Part shown: positions 38,922-48,310 of the stretch, in pieces
Layout: every line of letters starts with the position of its first letter
Position numbering within the stretch: the stretch's first letter is position 1
DNA from: an uncultured Desulfospira sp.
GTDB lineage: Bacteria; Desulfobacterota; Desulfobacteria; Desulfobacterales; Desulfobacteraceae
NCBI GenBank assembly: GCA_963663165.1
Contig: OY760175.1
Location: forward strand, 3,904,001-3,968,000
DNA length: 64,000 bases
Reading direction: 5' to 3'
The notes under the pieces: model-generated
The model's database searches: none
What the model was told of the DNA's origin: nothing
What the model saw: only the letters and a program-made list of their open reading frames with translations
Translations under genes and position numbers: made by a program

Positions 38922-39019
38922 TATTTTTCCCCCCTTCACTCATTGCTTTACCAGCCAAATCAAAATTAAATCATGCTTCATGAAAAAACAAGACTTTTTC
39001 ATGAAGCATAAAAGAGATA

Positions 39020-39462
39020 TGCGATATCAGACTGTGCGCCAAAGACGCCGGGGGGTCTTTGAAAGAGGCGGCCGTGGCCATTGTGGCCGATGTGGGGGTA
39101 TTGCAGCGCCTGCCCCTGATCGTGGGCCAGGGCATCACCCGGGAGATGGCCTTTACCGCCAAAACCATTGATGCGAAACGGGCCAGGGAAATCCTTCTGG
39201 TCAACCAGGTGTTTGAAGATCGGGAAGCCCTGTTCAAAGGGGCGCAAGACATGGCCCTGGAAATTGCAGCCAACGCCCCCATGGCAGTTCAGGCCTCCAA
39301 AAATGTCTTAAATTACGGGGTGGGCAAAAGCGTGGAAGACGGGCTCAATTACGTGGCATCCATCAGTTCCAACATCATCACCTCCAATGACCTCATGGAA
39401 GCCATGACCGCATTTATGGAAAGACGCCCCCCCCAAGTTCACCGGGTCCTGATCAGGATGTG
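39020..39462 (+). pseudogene. Direct repeat copy 2: 5'-truncated, frameshifted crotonase 3' half
   Basis: Duplicate of 37685-38126 with a few substitutions and a +1 change in the terminal C-run. Confidence 0.9.
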
Positions 39463-39480
39463 ACCCCGAAAGCCAATTTT

Positions 39481-39521
39481 TACCTTGTAATTTCGGAATA
39501 CCTATCCTAAATTACAAGGTA
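39481..39521. promoter_or_regulatory. Inverted repeat abutting the ATPase start codon (candidate operator/promoter)
   Basis: TACCTTGTAATTT...AAATTACAAGGTA; the last A is the A of the ATG. Confidence 0.6.
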
Positions 39522-40723
39522 TGATTTCCCGATGGATTACAGATGAAATTAAGAAAAAAATTGGGCAGGTACCGGCCGTTGCGCTGCTTGGGGCCCGTCA
39601 GGTGGGGAAAACCACCCTGGCCAAAGCCATCGCAAAGCAAATAAATTCTGTCTATCTTGACCTGGAATCGCCGGAAGACCTGCTCAAGCTCAGCGACCCG
39701 ACGGCTTTTTTAAATACCCAGGCGGATAAACTGGTCATCTTAGATGAAATACAACGGGCACCGAACCTGTTTTCGGTGTTGCGCGGTCTTATCGACAAAA
39801 ACAGAGAAGAGGGCCGCAAATCCGGGCAATTCCTTTTCCTTGGCTCCGCCTCCATGGATTTAATGCGGCAAACCTCTGAAAGCCTTGCCGGCAGAATCAG
39901 CTATATCCAGATGGGCGGCCTGAATGTCCTTGAAACCGGTTGCGAAAACAAAACCATCCATAAACTTTGGGCAAACGGCGGCTTTCCTGAAAGCTTTCTG
40001 GCTGATGATGACGCAATGGCCATGGATTGGCTCGAGGACTTAATCCGGACCTATCTTGAAAGAGATCTGCCACAGTTGGGATTCCATGTGCCGGCCGTCC
40101 GGATGCGCCGCCTGTGGACCATGCTGGCCCATCTTCAGGGTGAACCGGTAAACTATTCGAAACTGGGCACCAATCTTGAAATAGATGGTAAAACCGTAAG
40201 CCATTATATCGATATCCTTACGGACCTGCTCCTGGTCAGATGCTTAATGCCATGGCATGCCAATGTCAAAAAACGGCTGGTCAAAACACCGCGGTACTAT
40301 ATCCGGGACAGCGGCATCCTACACCGTCTGCTGGGAATTGAACGATATGATGCCTTGCTCTCCAATCCGGTCCTTGGCAAGAGCTGGGAGGGGTTTGTTG
40401 TGGAAAATATTCATTCCGTACTGCCCCGCCGGGCTGAAACATATTTTTACCGGACCGCTGCAGGCGCAGAAATTGATCTGGTTATCAAACTGCCGTCATC
40501 CCAAATCTGGGCTGTAGAAATAAAATATGGCACCGCGCCCAAAATAGGCCGGCATTACAGCGCAATTTGTGATGATGTGGGTGCTGCCCGAAAATATGTT
40601 ATCTACGGGGGAGAGGATGAATTTCCCATTAGCACCGATGTGACGGTCATCTCTTTGCCGCGGTTTATGAAAAAACTTGAGGGGATGGGGGATGGGGCCA
40701 CACCTTACAACCAGGGCAACTGA
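39521..40723 (+). CDS. AAA_14 + DUF4143 ATP-binding protein (COG1373)
   Basis: GARQVGKTT, LDEIQR, LGSAS, GGFPE, KRLVKTPRYYIRDSG, EIDLVI...AVEIK. Confidence 0.9.
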   Translation: MISRWITDEIKKKIGQVPAVALLGARQVGKTTLAKAIAKQINSVYLDLESPEDLLKLSDPTAFLNTQADKLVILDEIQRAPNLFSVLRGLIDKNREEGRKSGQFLFLGSASMDLMRQTSESLAGRISYIQMGGLNVLETGCENKTIHKLWANGGFPESFLADDDAMAMDWLEDLIRTYLERDLPQLGFHVPAVRMRRLWTMLAHLQGEPVNYSKLGTNLEIDGKTVSHYIDILTDLLLVRCLMPWHANVKKRLVKTPRYYIRDSGILHRLLGIERYDALLSNPVLGKSWEGFVVENIHSVLPRRAETYFYRTAAGAEIDLVIKLPSSQIWAVEIKYGTAPKIGRHYSAICDDVGAARKYVIYGGEDEFPISTDVTVISLPRFMKKLEGMGDGATPYNQGN

Positions 40724-43700
40724 ACTGCCGGGGCACCTTAATCCCAGGTCTCCCGGGAAATATGACGATATCCTCATCATCGACTTTGAGGCGGTGCCGG
40801 ATGGGGATATCTTTCATATGGGGGCGGTTCTCAACGACCAAACCTTTGAACGAAAAGACATAAAAGACAGCAAAGAAGCCCTGGAAAAGCTGGCAGAGTT
40901 CTCGTCCAATGCCGACTGTATCTTAGGGCACAACATCCTCAATCATGACCTGGCCCTCATAAAAAAAATATGGCCTGACTCCCCTTTGCTGCAGCTGCCG
41001 GTCATTGATACCCTTTACCTGTCGCCTCTGGCCTTTCCGGAAAACCCTTACCACAAGCTGGTTAAAGGGTATAAGCTGGTCAAAAGCAGCAAAAACAACC
41101 CCATCGCCGATGCAAAGCTTGCCTGGACAGTTTTTGAGGACCAGATGGCGGCCTTTTCCCGATTCAATGAAGACCATCCCGGGTTGATGGCCTTTTATGC
41201 TTTTGCCTTTGGAGGCGACCGGGCCACTTCCCCAAACCGCCCAACGGCCGGGATCCATGACCTGTTTGCCTCCTTTTGCGGCACCGTCCCGGATGCGGAT
41301 GAGGCAAAGCAGTTGTTTTTGGACCAGTGCCGGGATGCCGTATGCACCACGGCCTTTGACGCCGTCTGGGATGAAATCCGGGAAAGCCCCGCCCAAAGGC
41401 CGGTGCTTGCCTATGCCCTGTCCTGGCTCAGGGTGGCCGGCGGCAACTCCATTATCCCGCCCTGGGTCAAGCATGAATTCCCTGAAATTGGCCCTGTCAT
41501 TGAACGGCTCCGGTACGCCTGCGGCAGCAGCGACTGCCCCTGGTGCCGGGAAAACAACGACTCTGAAAAGCTGTTAAAAAAATACTTTGGATTTGACGCC
41601 TACCGGACCCTTGCCGACGGCCGGGATCTTCAAAAAGAGATTGTCGAATCCAACCTCGGGGGAGACTCTTTGCTGGCCATCCTGCCCACGGGCGGGGGCA
41701 AATCCATCTGCTACCAGATTCCCGCCCTTCACCGGTACCACCGCACCGGTGAACTGACCATTGTCATTTCCCCGCTCAAGGCCTTGATGAAAGATCAGGT
41801 GGACAACCTGAACAAGGCCGTGGGCGCTGATTTTGCCGGAGCGATCAACGGCAGCCTCACCCTGCCCGAACGGGGAGAAATCATGGAAAAGGTCCGGCTC
41901 GGGGATATCGGGATCCTGTATATCTCACCGGAACAGCTTCGAAATTTCAGTGTGGCCGAGCTGATCCGCTCCCGGGATACCGGGGCCTGGATCTTTGACG
42001 AGGCCCACTGCCTTTCCAAATGGGGCCACGATTTCAGGCCGGATTACCTGAGTGTGGCCGATTTTATCTATGACCAGCACAAAAAAGACCGCCGTCTGCC
42101 CCTGATCGGCGCATTCACGGCCACGGCCAAAAAGGACGTGATCCAGGAAATCACCGGCCATTTTAATGAAAAGCTTAACCTTGACCTGGTCCATTTCATC
42201 AGCGGGGTCCAGCGGGAAAACTTAAGTTTCCAGGTCTGGCCGGTCACCCAGAATGAAAAAAGCGATGTGATTTTCAATTGTCTTAAAGAGGCCCTGGCCG
42301 ATTCCGGCGGCAGTACCCCTGGCAGTGCCATTGTCTACTGCGCCACCACCAAAGCCACGGAAAAACTCAGCGCATTCTTAAATGAAAGAGGGATTGCGGC
42401 CCAGGCCTTTCACGCCAAAAGAAGCGAACCGGACAAACGAAACATCCAGGACGAATTTATTGCCGGCGCTATCCCGGTAATCTGCGCCACCAACGCATTC
42501 GGCATGGGAGTGGACAAAAAGGATATCCGCCTGGTCATCCATGCCGACATCCCGGGCTCCCTTGAAAATTACCTCCAGGAAGCGGGCCGGGCCGGCCGGG
42601 ACACAAAGCCTGCCGAATGTATCCTGCTGTACGAGCAGGACGATATTGAAAACCAGTTTTCCCTGAACGCCTATTCCAAATTAAGCTTAAAAGAGATTAA
42701 AAAAATCCTTTCTGTCTTAAAGAAAAGAGGGGAAAAGACCCCGGAAATTGTGATCACCCCCGGGGAGATCATGCGCCTGATCGGATCTTCTGATTTTGGA
42801 GAGAACGATGCAAAAGCCAGGACCGGGGTCAGCTGGCTTGAACGCAAAGGGTTTATCAAACGCTCCTTTAACCAGACCCTGTTCTTCACGGGAAGCCCCA
42901 TTGTCCGGGACATGGAAGAGGCAGAAAAGAAGATTGCAGCCCTGAACCTTTCCAAGGTCAAAACCCGGATATACCGGACCATCCTTTGCACCTTGTTCAA
43001 TGCGGATAAAGATGCCCTGCTGTCTGCCGACATCATTGTGGCCAATTTAGGGCAAATCGAAAACCTGCCCGACCAATACTTAGATCCCCGGCAGGTCCTT
43101 GGCCTGTTATCTGAAATGACCCGGGCCGGGCTGATCCGGGAAGGGGTGGTCATGACCGCCTTTGTCACCCCAAAGGGACCCAAAAGTTCCCTTAAAATTT
43201 TAAAGGCGTTCATGGAGATTGAAAATCAGATGCTTGATCTGATGATTCAGATGTCCCCGGATGCGCAAGCCTCACCGGACACACCGGACCTGGTCAACCT
43301 TCGCCTCATGTCCCAGCGTCTCAAAGACAGTGGATTTTCCCAGGTCAACACCGATATTGCCGGAAAAGTACTGCGGGCCATTGCAGGCGACAAGGGGGAC
43401 AACCAGGGAAGAAGCCTTAAAATCGCCGGCCGCAAAGGGTCGGAACAGCTCATGGTTTACGTCAACTTTCCCTGGCAGGAGATCAAAAAAAGGATCCAGC
43501 TGCGCCACCACTGCGCCGGGGTCTGCCTTGAGGTGATCATCGGCTCCCTGTCAAAACCCCTCCAGCAGGGCCGGGCCCAGGTCATGGCCGAGTTTTTTTT
43601 ATCCAAGATCATCCAGGCCATGCAGGCAGATGTGTTTTTGTCCGGCTACACCGGCAATCACCAGGCCCTGATCGAAAAAAGCCTGTTGTTCATGCACGAC

Positions 43701-45992
43701 ATGAAGGTGATCACCTTGCAGAACGGCTTAGGGGTGTTCCGCCAGGCCATGACCCTGGAACTGCTGGATCAGGGACGGAAGCGGCAATACACAAAGGGCG
43801 ATTTTGAAGCTTTATCCCAGCACTACGGCCAGAAGAACGTCCAGGTCCATGTCATGGAAAAGTATGCCCGGACCGGCCTTGAGAAAATCAAAACCGCCCT
43901 GGGGTTTGTCAGCGATTATTTTTCCTCCTCCTATGATGCCTTTATCCAGAAGCATTTCCCCGATGAAAAAGAACTGATCCAGACCGCCATGACCGCCCAG
44001 GCCTTTAAGACCATTGTCCAGTCCCTTGAAAACCCGGACCAGGAGGCCATTGTGGCGGCCCCGCCGGACACCAATCTTTTGGTCCTTGCAGGCCCCGGGT
44101 CCGGCAAGACAAGGACCGTTGTCCACCGCTGCGCCTGGCTGATCAAGGCCAGAAGTGTTGATCCCTCCTCCATCCTGGTGCTGTGTTTCAATCACCAGGC
44201 CATGATCGAGCTTCGAAAGCGAATCCGGGCACTGGTGGGCAAACGGGCCGGCAGCGTAACGGCCATGACCTATCACGGGTTTGCCATGCGCCTGACCGGC
44301 CGCTCTTTTCTGGATGGGGTAAAACGGCCTGAAACCTGCGAGACTGAAGGGTTTGACACCATTATTGAAGAAGCGGTTAACTTTTTAAACGGAAAAAAGG
44401 AAATCGCCGATATTGATCCGTCAGAGGCAAGACAGGTTCTGCTGGCCCGGTACCGGTATATTCTGGTGGACGAATACCAGGACATTGATGATGGCCAGTA
44501 CCGGTTTATCTCGGCCCTGACGGGAAGGCTTGAACAGGACCGGGACGCTAAAATATCCATCATGGCCGTGGGGGACGATGACCAGAGCATTTACGGTTTC
44601 CGGAAGGCCAATGTCAAATTCATAAAGCAGTTCCAGGAAGATTACCAGGCCCAAACCTTCTGCCTTACGGAAAACTACCGGTCTTCTTATCCTATTATCC
44701 AAGCATCCAACGCCTTTATCGCCCAGAATAAAGATCGGATGAAAACCGGCCAACCCTGCCGGATCAACCGCAAAAGAAAATCGTTTGAAAAAAAGGCCCG
44801 TGAATTCACCGGTAGAGAACTTGTCCAGGTGGTCCATGTTAAAGACACGACCTCCCAGGCCGTTTTTGTTGCCCGGACCATCAAGAATCTGGTGGCCGGA
44901 TCACGGGATCTAAATTACAACGATATGGCCGTGGTTTCCAGAAACGGCCTGGGATATCCTTTCCTGGTATCCGTGAGAATGGCCCTGGCCGGAGAAAATA
45001 TCCCCTTTTCCCGCGCCATCAATGCCGGTTCCGGGTTCCCCCTGTTTAAAATCAGGGAAATACAGACCCTGATCCGGTATCTGGAAAAGCATCAAGATGA
45101 AAGCAAAACCCCGGCGGATTTAAAACGGGAAGCCATGGGGCTGTTTGAGCAGCAAAACAGCTGGACGGATCAGGCGGCACAACTGCTTGACGCCTGGTGT
45201 GAGATCAATTCGGATATGGACATCTCCGTTGCCCGGGCCAGGGATTTTGTGATTGAAACCCTGGTGGAGGAGCGGCGGGAACACCAGACCGGGACCGGGG
45301 TTTTCCTGGGCACGGCCCACAGTGTAAAAGGAATGGAATTTCCCTATGTGTTTATTCTGGACGGCGGCTGGACCTCCCATGATATTGAAGAAGAGCGCCG
45401 GCTGTTTTACGTGGCCATGACCCGGGCCATCCGGGGTGTCTATATGGTCAAAGTTCAAACCTTTGCCAACCCCCATGTCCCCTGCCTGGAACAAAACGAG
45501 TTCGCCCGTGTTGCTAAGGCAGAACCATCAGCAATACCAGAGTTCAATGAATCTTGGACCATCTCCATTTTGGGGCTTGAAGACCTGTTCATTTCCTATG
45601 CCGGCCTGTTCCCCCAGGGGCATGATATCCACCACGCCATTTCTGAGCTTCAGCCTCTGGACAGGGTCTGCCTGGTGGAAGAAAAGCACCATATTTTTGT
45701 GAAGGACCGGCAGGGCCGGATCATTGCAAGGCTTTCAGCCAAAGGGCGGACCGTATGGCAGGAGCAGATCCACGCCATCCGCTCTGCCAAGGTTCTGGGC
45801 ATTATCCAGCGCCGCAAAACAGACAATCCGAACCATGACGGCTCTGCGGAAAGAACCGATGAATGGGAAATCCCTATCGTGGAAATTCTTCATGACCGAC
45901 AGGGGCAGACTGGATACACGAGTGGTGATTCCCATGTGCCCCCTTTCGTTTATGGGAGGAAAGGCCATGGCAAGATTATCTCCAGTCTTTGA
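40692..45992 (+). CDS. Giant fusion: DEDD exonuclease-like + RecQ (SF2) helicase + UvrD/Rep (SF1) helicase
   Basis: IIDFE/GHNILNHD/IDTL; PTGGGKS, DEAHCLSKWGHDFRPDY, QEAGRAGRD; AGPGSGKT, DEYQD, VGDDDQSIYGFR, ENYRS, EERRLFYVAMTRA; start at 40677 or 40692. Confidence 0.9.
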   Translation: MGPHLTTRATELPGHLNPRSPGKYDDILIIDFEAVPDGDIFHMGAVLNDQTFERKDIKDSKEALEKLAEFSSNADCILGHNILNHDLALIKKIWPDSPLLQLPVIDTLYLSPLAFPENPYHKLVKGYKLVKSSKNNPIADAKLAWTVFEDQMAAFSRFNEDHPGLMAFYAFAFGGDRATSPNRPTAGIHDLFASFCGTVPDADEAKQLFLDQCRDAVCTTAFDAVWDEIRESPAQRPVLAYALSWLRVAGGNSIIPPWVKHEFPEIGPVIERLRYACGSSDCPWCRENNDSEKLLKKYFGFDAYRTLADGRDLQKEIVESNLGGDSLLAILPTGGGKSICYQIPALHRYHRTGELTIVISPLKALMKDQVDNLNKAVGADFAGAINGSLTLPERGEIMEKVRLGDIGILYISPEQLRNFSVAELIRSRDTGAWIFDEAHCLSKWGHDFRPDYLSVADFIYDQHKKDRRLPLIGAFTATAKKDVIQEITGHFNEKLNLDLVHFISGVQRENLSFQVWPVTQNEKSDVIFNCLKEALADSGGSTPGSAIVYCATTKATEKLSAFLNERGIAAQAFHAKRSEPDKRNIQDEFIAGAIPVICATNAFGMGVDKKDIRLVIHADIPGSLENYLQEAGRAGRDTKPAECILLYEQDDIENQFSLNAYSKLSLKEIKKILSVLKKRGEKTPEIVITPGEIMRLIGSSDFGENDAKARTGVSWLERKGFIKRSFNQTLFFTGSPIVRDMEEAEKKIAALNLSKVKTRIYRTILCTLFNADKDALLSADIIVANLGQIENLPDQYLDPRQVLGLLSEMTRAGLIREGVVMTAFVTPKGPKSSLKILKAFMEIENQMLDLMIQMSPDAQASPDTPDLVNLRLMSQRLKDSGFSQVNTDIAGKVLRAIAGDKGDNQGRSLKIAGRKGSEQLMVYVNFPWQEIKKRIQLRHHCAGVCLEVIIGSLSKPLQQGRAQVMAEFFLSKIIQAMQADVFLSGYTGNHQALIEKSLLFMHDMKVITLQNGLGVFRQAMTLELLDQGRKRQYTKGDFEALSQHYGQKNVQVHVMEKYARTGLEKIKTALGFVSDYFSSSYDAFIQKHFPDEKELIQTAMTAQAFKTIVQSLENPDQEAIVAAPPDTNLLVLAGPGSGKTRTVVHRCAWLIKARSVDPSSILVLCFNHQAMIELRKRIRALVGKRAGSVTAMTYHGFAMRLTGRSFLDGVKRPETCETEGFDTIIEEAVNFLNGKKEIADIDPSEARQVLLARYRYILVDEYQDIDDGQYRFISALTGRLEQDRDAKISIMAVGDDDQSIYGFRKANVKFIKQFQEDYQAQTFCLTENYRSSYPIIQASNAFIAQNKDRMKTGQPCRINRKRKSFEKKAREFTGRELVQVVHVKDTTSQAVFVARTIKNLVAGSRDLNYNDMAVVSRNGLGYPFLVSVRMALAGENIPFSRAINAGSGFPLFKIREIQTLIRYLEKHQDESKTPADLKREAMGLFEQQNSWTDQAAQLLDAWCEINSDMDISVARARDFVIETLVEERREHQTGTGVFLGTAHSVKGMEFPYVFILDGGWTSHDIEEERRLFYVAMTRAIRGVYMVKVQTFANPHVPCLEQNEFARVAKAEPSAIPEFNESWTISILGLEDLFISYAGLFPQGHDIHHAISELQPLDRVCLVEEKHHIFVKDRQGRIIARLSAKGRTVWQEQIHAIRSAKVLGIIQRRKTDNPNHDGSAERTDEWEIPIVEILHDRQGQTGYTSGDSHVPPFVYGRKGHGKIISSL

Positions 45993-46134
45993 CATTAATG
46001 GACACCCCTACGTCCTTCTTACTCCCCAGCTGGCCGGAATAGAAACCTCTGATATGGGGCGGGCTGTTTCAGACCTGTCCGGGCAGAGGACAGATATCAT
46101 TAATGCCCTGGATTTTCTTTTCACAGGGATTTGA
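45907..46134 (+). pseudogene. ccdB: 5'-truncated CcdB gyrase-poison remnant
   Basis: LDTRVVIPM...RLSPVFDING...LLTPQLAGI...DIINALDFLFTGI; the first ~30 residues and ccdA are absent. Confidence 0.8.
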
Positions 46135-46409
46135 ATCCTTACGCTATCTGTTTTTTAAACATCGTCCGGGAGGGTTTGTAAACGGGCTGCACTTCCTGAT
46201 CCGCACCCGGATTTTGTGTCAGTTTTTTTTATAACCTGTAAAACTCCTCAAACCTCTCTCCCCCTTGTCTTTTCATCTTAAATGTAAAGGGGGGAACAAG
46301 GTCCGGGCCGGGCAACCCACACCCAACCCCCTTAATTTATATCCATTTACAAATAAAGGCGTCTCTTTCCCGCCCTTCGAAAAACGCGGGCTGCCCGGCT
46401 CCGGAGCAC

Positions 46410-46425
46410 TGGCATATCATTTGCA
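46410..46425 (+). promoter_or_regulatory. Sigma-54 promoter of TRAP operon 2
   Basis: TGGCATATCATTTGCA, near-consensus -24/-12. Confidence 0.75.
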
Positions 46426-46604
46426 AATTTTGTTTGACAGGCCTTGGCAATACGCCGGTTTTTTTTGCTGTATTAATCAGCCTGGATGTTTAACCGGATA
46501 ACGGGCAGACCTTTTTTAAGGAAAAGTGGTTTATGGGTACTGGAAGTTGGGGTTTTAAATAACGGCAATTTTCTTTTTATATTTAATCTTCAGGGGGGTG
46601 AACA

Positions 46605-47663
46605 ATGGAACATAAAAAGCCAGATAACGGTTTTAGATTTTTTCTGCTTTCAGTTCTGCTTATTGCTCTTGTTTCTCTTTCATCTGCATGTTCAAACAAT
46701 AAAGACAGTCAAGAAAAACCTTATGAATTAAAATTTGCACATCATGAGCCGGCCAGCAGCGATAAGGGCAAAATGTTTCAGGCATGGGCTGATGAGGTGA
46801 ATGCCGCTGCAAAAGGCAAACTGATTATTACCGTTTATCCGAGCGGTACGCTGGGGTCGGTTGTTGACGGTATGAACATGGTCAATAACGGTATTTGTGA
46901 CATCCTCTGGTCATTTACCGGTTTTTTTAATAAAGAATTCACCGCAACCGATGTCATGAGCCTGCCCATGCTGGGATTTGAAAACACGGTGCATACCGTT
47001 GATGCCTTCTGGGAACTGTATGATAAACGGCCTGAAATCCAGAAAGAATTTGAAGGTCTTAAAGTGCTGGCCCTTTATGCGCATCCACCGGCGGTATTGG
47101 GTACGGATAAAAAAGTAACCTGTGTTGATGACATAAAAGGGCTTAAGATTCGTGTTCCCACAGGCCCTGCAACTCAGGTGATCAAAGAGTGGGGCGCCAT
47201 TCCAATGACCATCCCTACGCCGGATATCTACCAGTCCCTTGAAAAAGGCGTAATCAACGGCTATGTCTTTGACTGGGCCGGCATTCCAGGGTTTAAACTT
47301 CAGGAACCCACCAAATATTTTCTGGATATCAAGCTTTATGCCGGCCCGATGTTTATTGTAATCAACGAGAAAAAATGGAACGGCCTGCCTGAGGATCTTC
47401 AGAAAATTATCGAAGAACATTCATACAAAAAACTGTCCATGAGCATTGCCGAAAATCAGGACCAGGTGGTCAGCGCCTTTATTGCTTTAATGCAGAAGGA
47501 AGGCAAGACCGTTATCTTTCCGGATGAGAAACAGCTTGCCGGTTTCAAGGTGGCTGCCGATAAAGTCGTGAAACAGTGGATTGCCGAGATGAACGCCAAA
47601 GGGGCTGATGGACAGGGCCTGTATGATGCCGCACTTGATGTGGTGAAAAAATACAAAAAATAA
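46605..47663 (+). CDS. dctP: TRAP substrate-binding protein, lipoprotein type
   Basis: LSSAC lipobox, YPSGTLG, DIKGLKIR, DIYQSLEKGVING. Confidence 0.92.
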   Translation: MEHKKPDNGFRFFLLSVLLIALVSLSSACSNNKDSQEKPYELKFAHHEPASSDKGKMFQAWADEVNAAAKGKLIITVYPSGTLGSVVDGMNMVNNGICDILWSFTGFFNKEFTATDVMSLPMLGFENTVHTVDAFWELYDKRPEIQKEFEGLKVLALYAHPPAVLGTDKKVTCVDDIKGLKIRVPTGPATQVIKEWGAIPMTIPTPDIYQSLEKGVINGYVFDWAGIPGFKLQEPTKYFLDIKLYAGPMFIVINEKKWNGLPEDLQKIIEEHSYKKLSMSIAENQDQVVSAFIALMQKEGKTVIFPDEKQLAGFKVAADKVVKQWIAEMNAKGADGQGLYDAALDVVKKYKK

Positions 47664-47682
47664 ACGGCCATCTTCCTTTAAA

Positions 47683-47730
47683 TAAAATTGACTGCCGGAT
47701 TGTATACCCTATTTCCGGCAGTCAATTTTA
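47683..47730. terminator. 17-bp-stem hairpin between dctP and dctQ (terminator/attenuator or mRNA stabiliser)
   Basis: TAAAATTGACTGCCGGA...TCCGGCAGTCAATTTTA. Confidence 0.65.
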
Positions 47731-47751
47731 CCCCTAAGCCACCGCAAAACC

Positions 47752-48291
47752 ATGAAGGAGGCTGTTTTGACTTCATTATCAAATACATTAAAAAAAATAA
47801 GCCGTATCGGGTATGTCATCAGCGCCAGCGGCGTTGTTCTTATTATGGCGCTGATATCTGCTGATATCCTGTTGCGCACAACCATTAATGTTTCAATTCT
47901 CGGCTGTTATGAAATTATTGAGGTCATCATGTCCATCTGCGTTTTTATGTCTTTTGCCTATACACAGACTAAAAAAGGGCATGTTCATGTCACCATGCTG
48001 ATCAGCAAACTGCCGGCAAAAGCGCGATTTATCTGCTTTTCGCTGACCAGCCTGCTGTCAACGGCTCTGGCCGGGGCAATTGCTGTTGCCGCCTTTTATC
48101 AGGGACTGGAAATCATCAGAAAAGGAACCAGTACCGGCGTTCTTGCCATACCGTATTTTCCTTTTTATTTCGTTGAAAGCCTGGCCATGGCGCTGTTTAC
48201 CCTTGTTCTTTTAGGGGACAGCATACAGGCGTTTATGGCCATTTTTAATCCGAACGTGGCTGAAGAAGTAGAAAGCACATGGACCTCTTGA
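47752..48291 (+). CDS. dctQ: TRAP small permease
   Basis: DILLR, KKGHVHV, four TM helices; start may be a few codons later. Confidence 0.87.
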   Translation: MKEAVLTSLSNTLKKISRIGYVISASGVVLIMALISADILLRTTINVSILGCYEIIEVIMSICVFMSFAYTQTKKGHVHVTMLISKLPAKARFICFSLTSLLSTALAGAIAVAAFYQGLEIIRKGTSTGVLAIPYFPFYFVESLAMALFTLVLLGDSIQAFMAIFNPNVAEEVESTWTS

Positions 48292-48310
48292 TTACGGGAG
48301 TGAAATCAAT

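Noticed and set aside
39059..39463. Second functional enoyl-CoA hydratase
   Set aside because: Lacks the N-terminal half including the AGIDL oxyanion motif and is frameshifted at the end
45724..46134. Intact 136-aa ccdB gene
   Set aside because: The first ~60 codons are an alternative frame of the helicase with no CcdB similarity; no ccdA upstream
46255..46400. Degenerate CCCCCTT...AAGGGGG repeat element
   Set aside because: Only patchy complementarity and no second copy in the window
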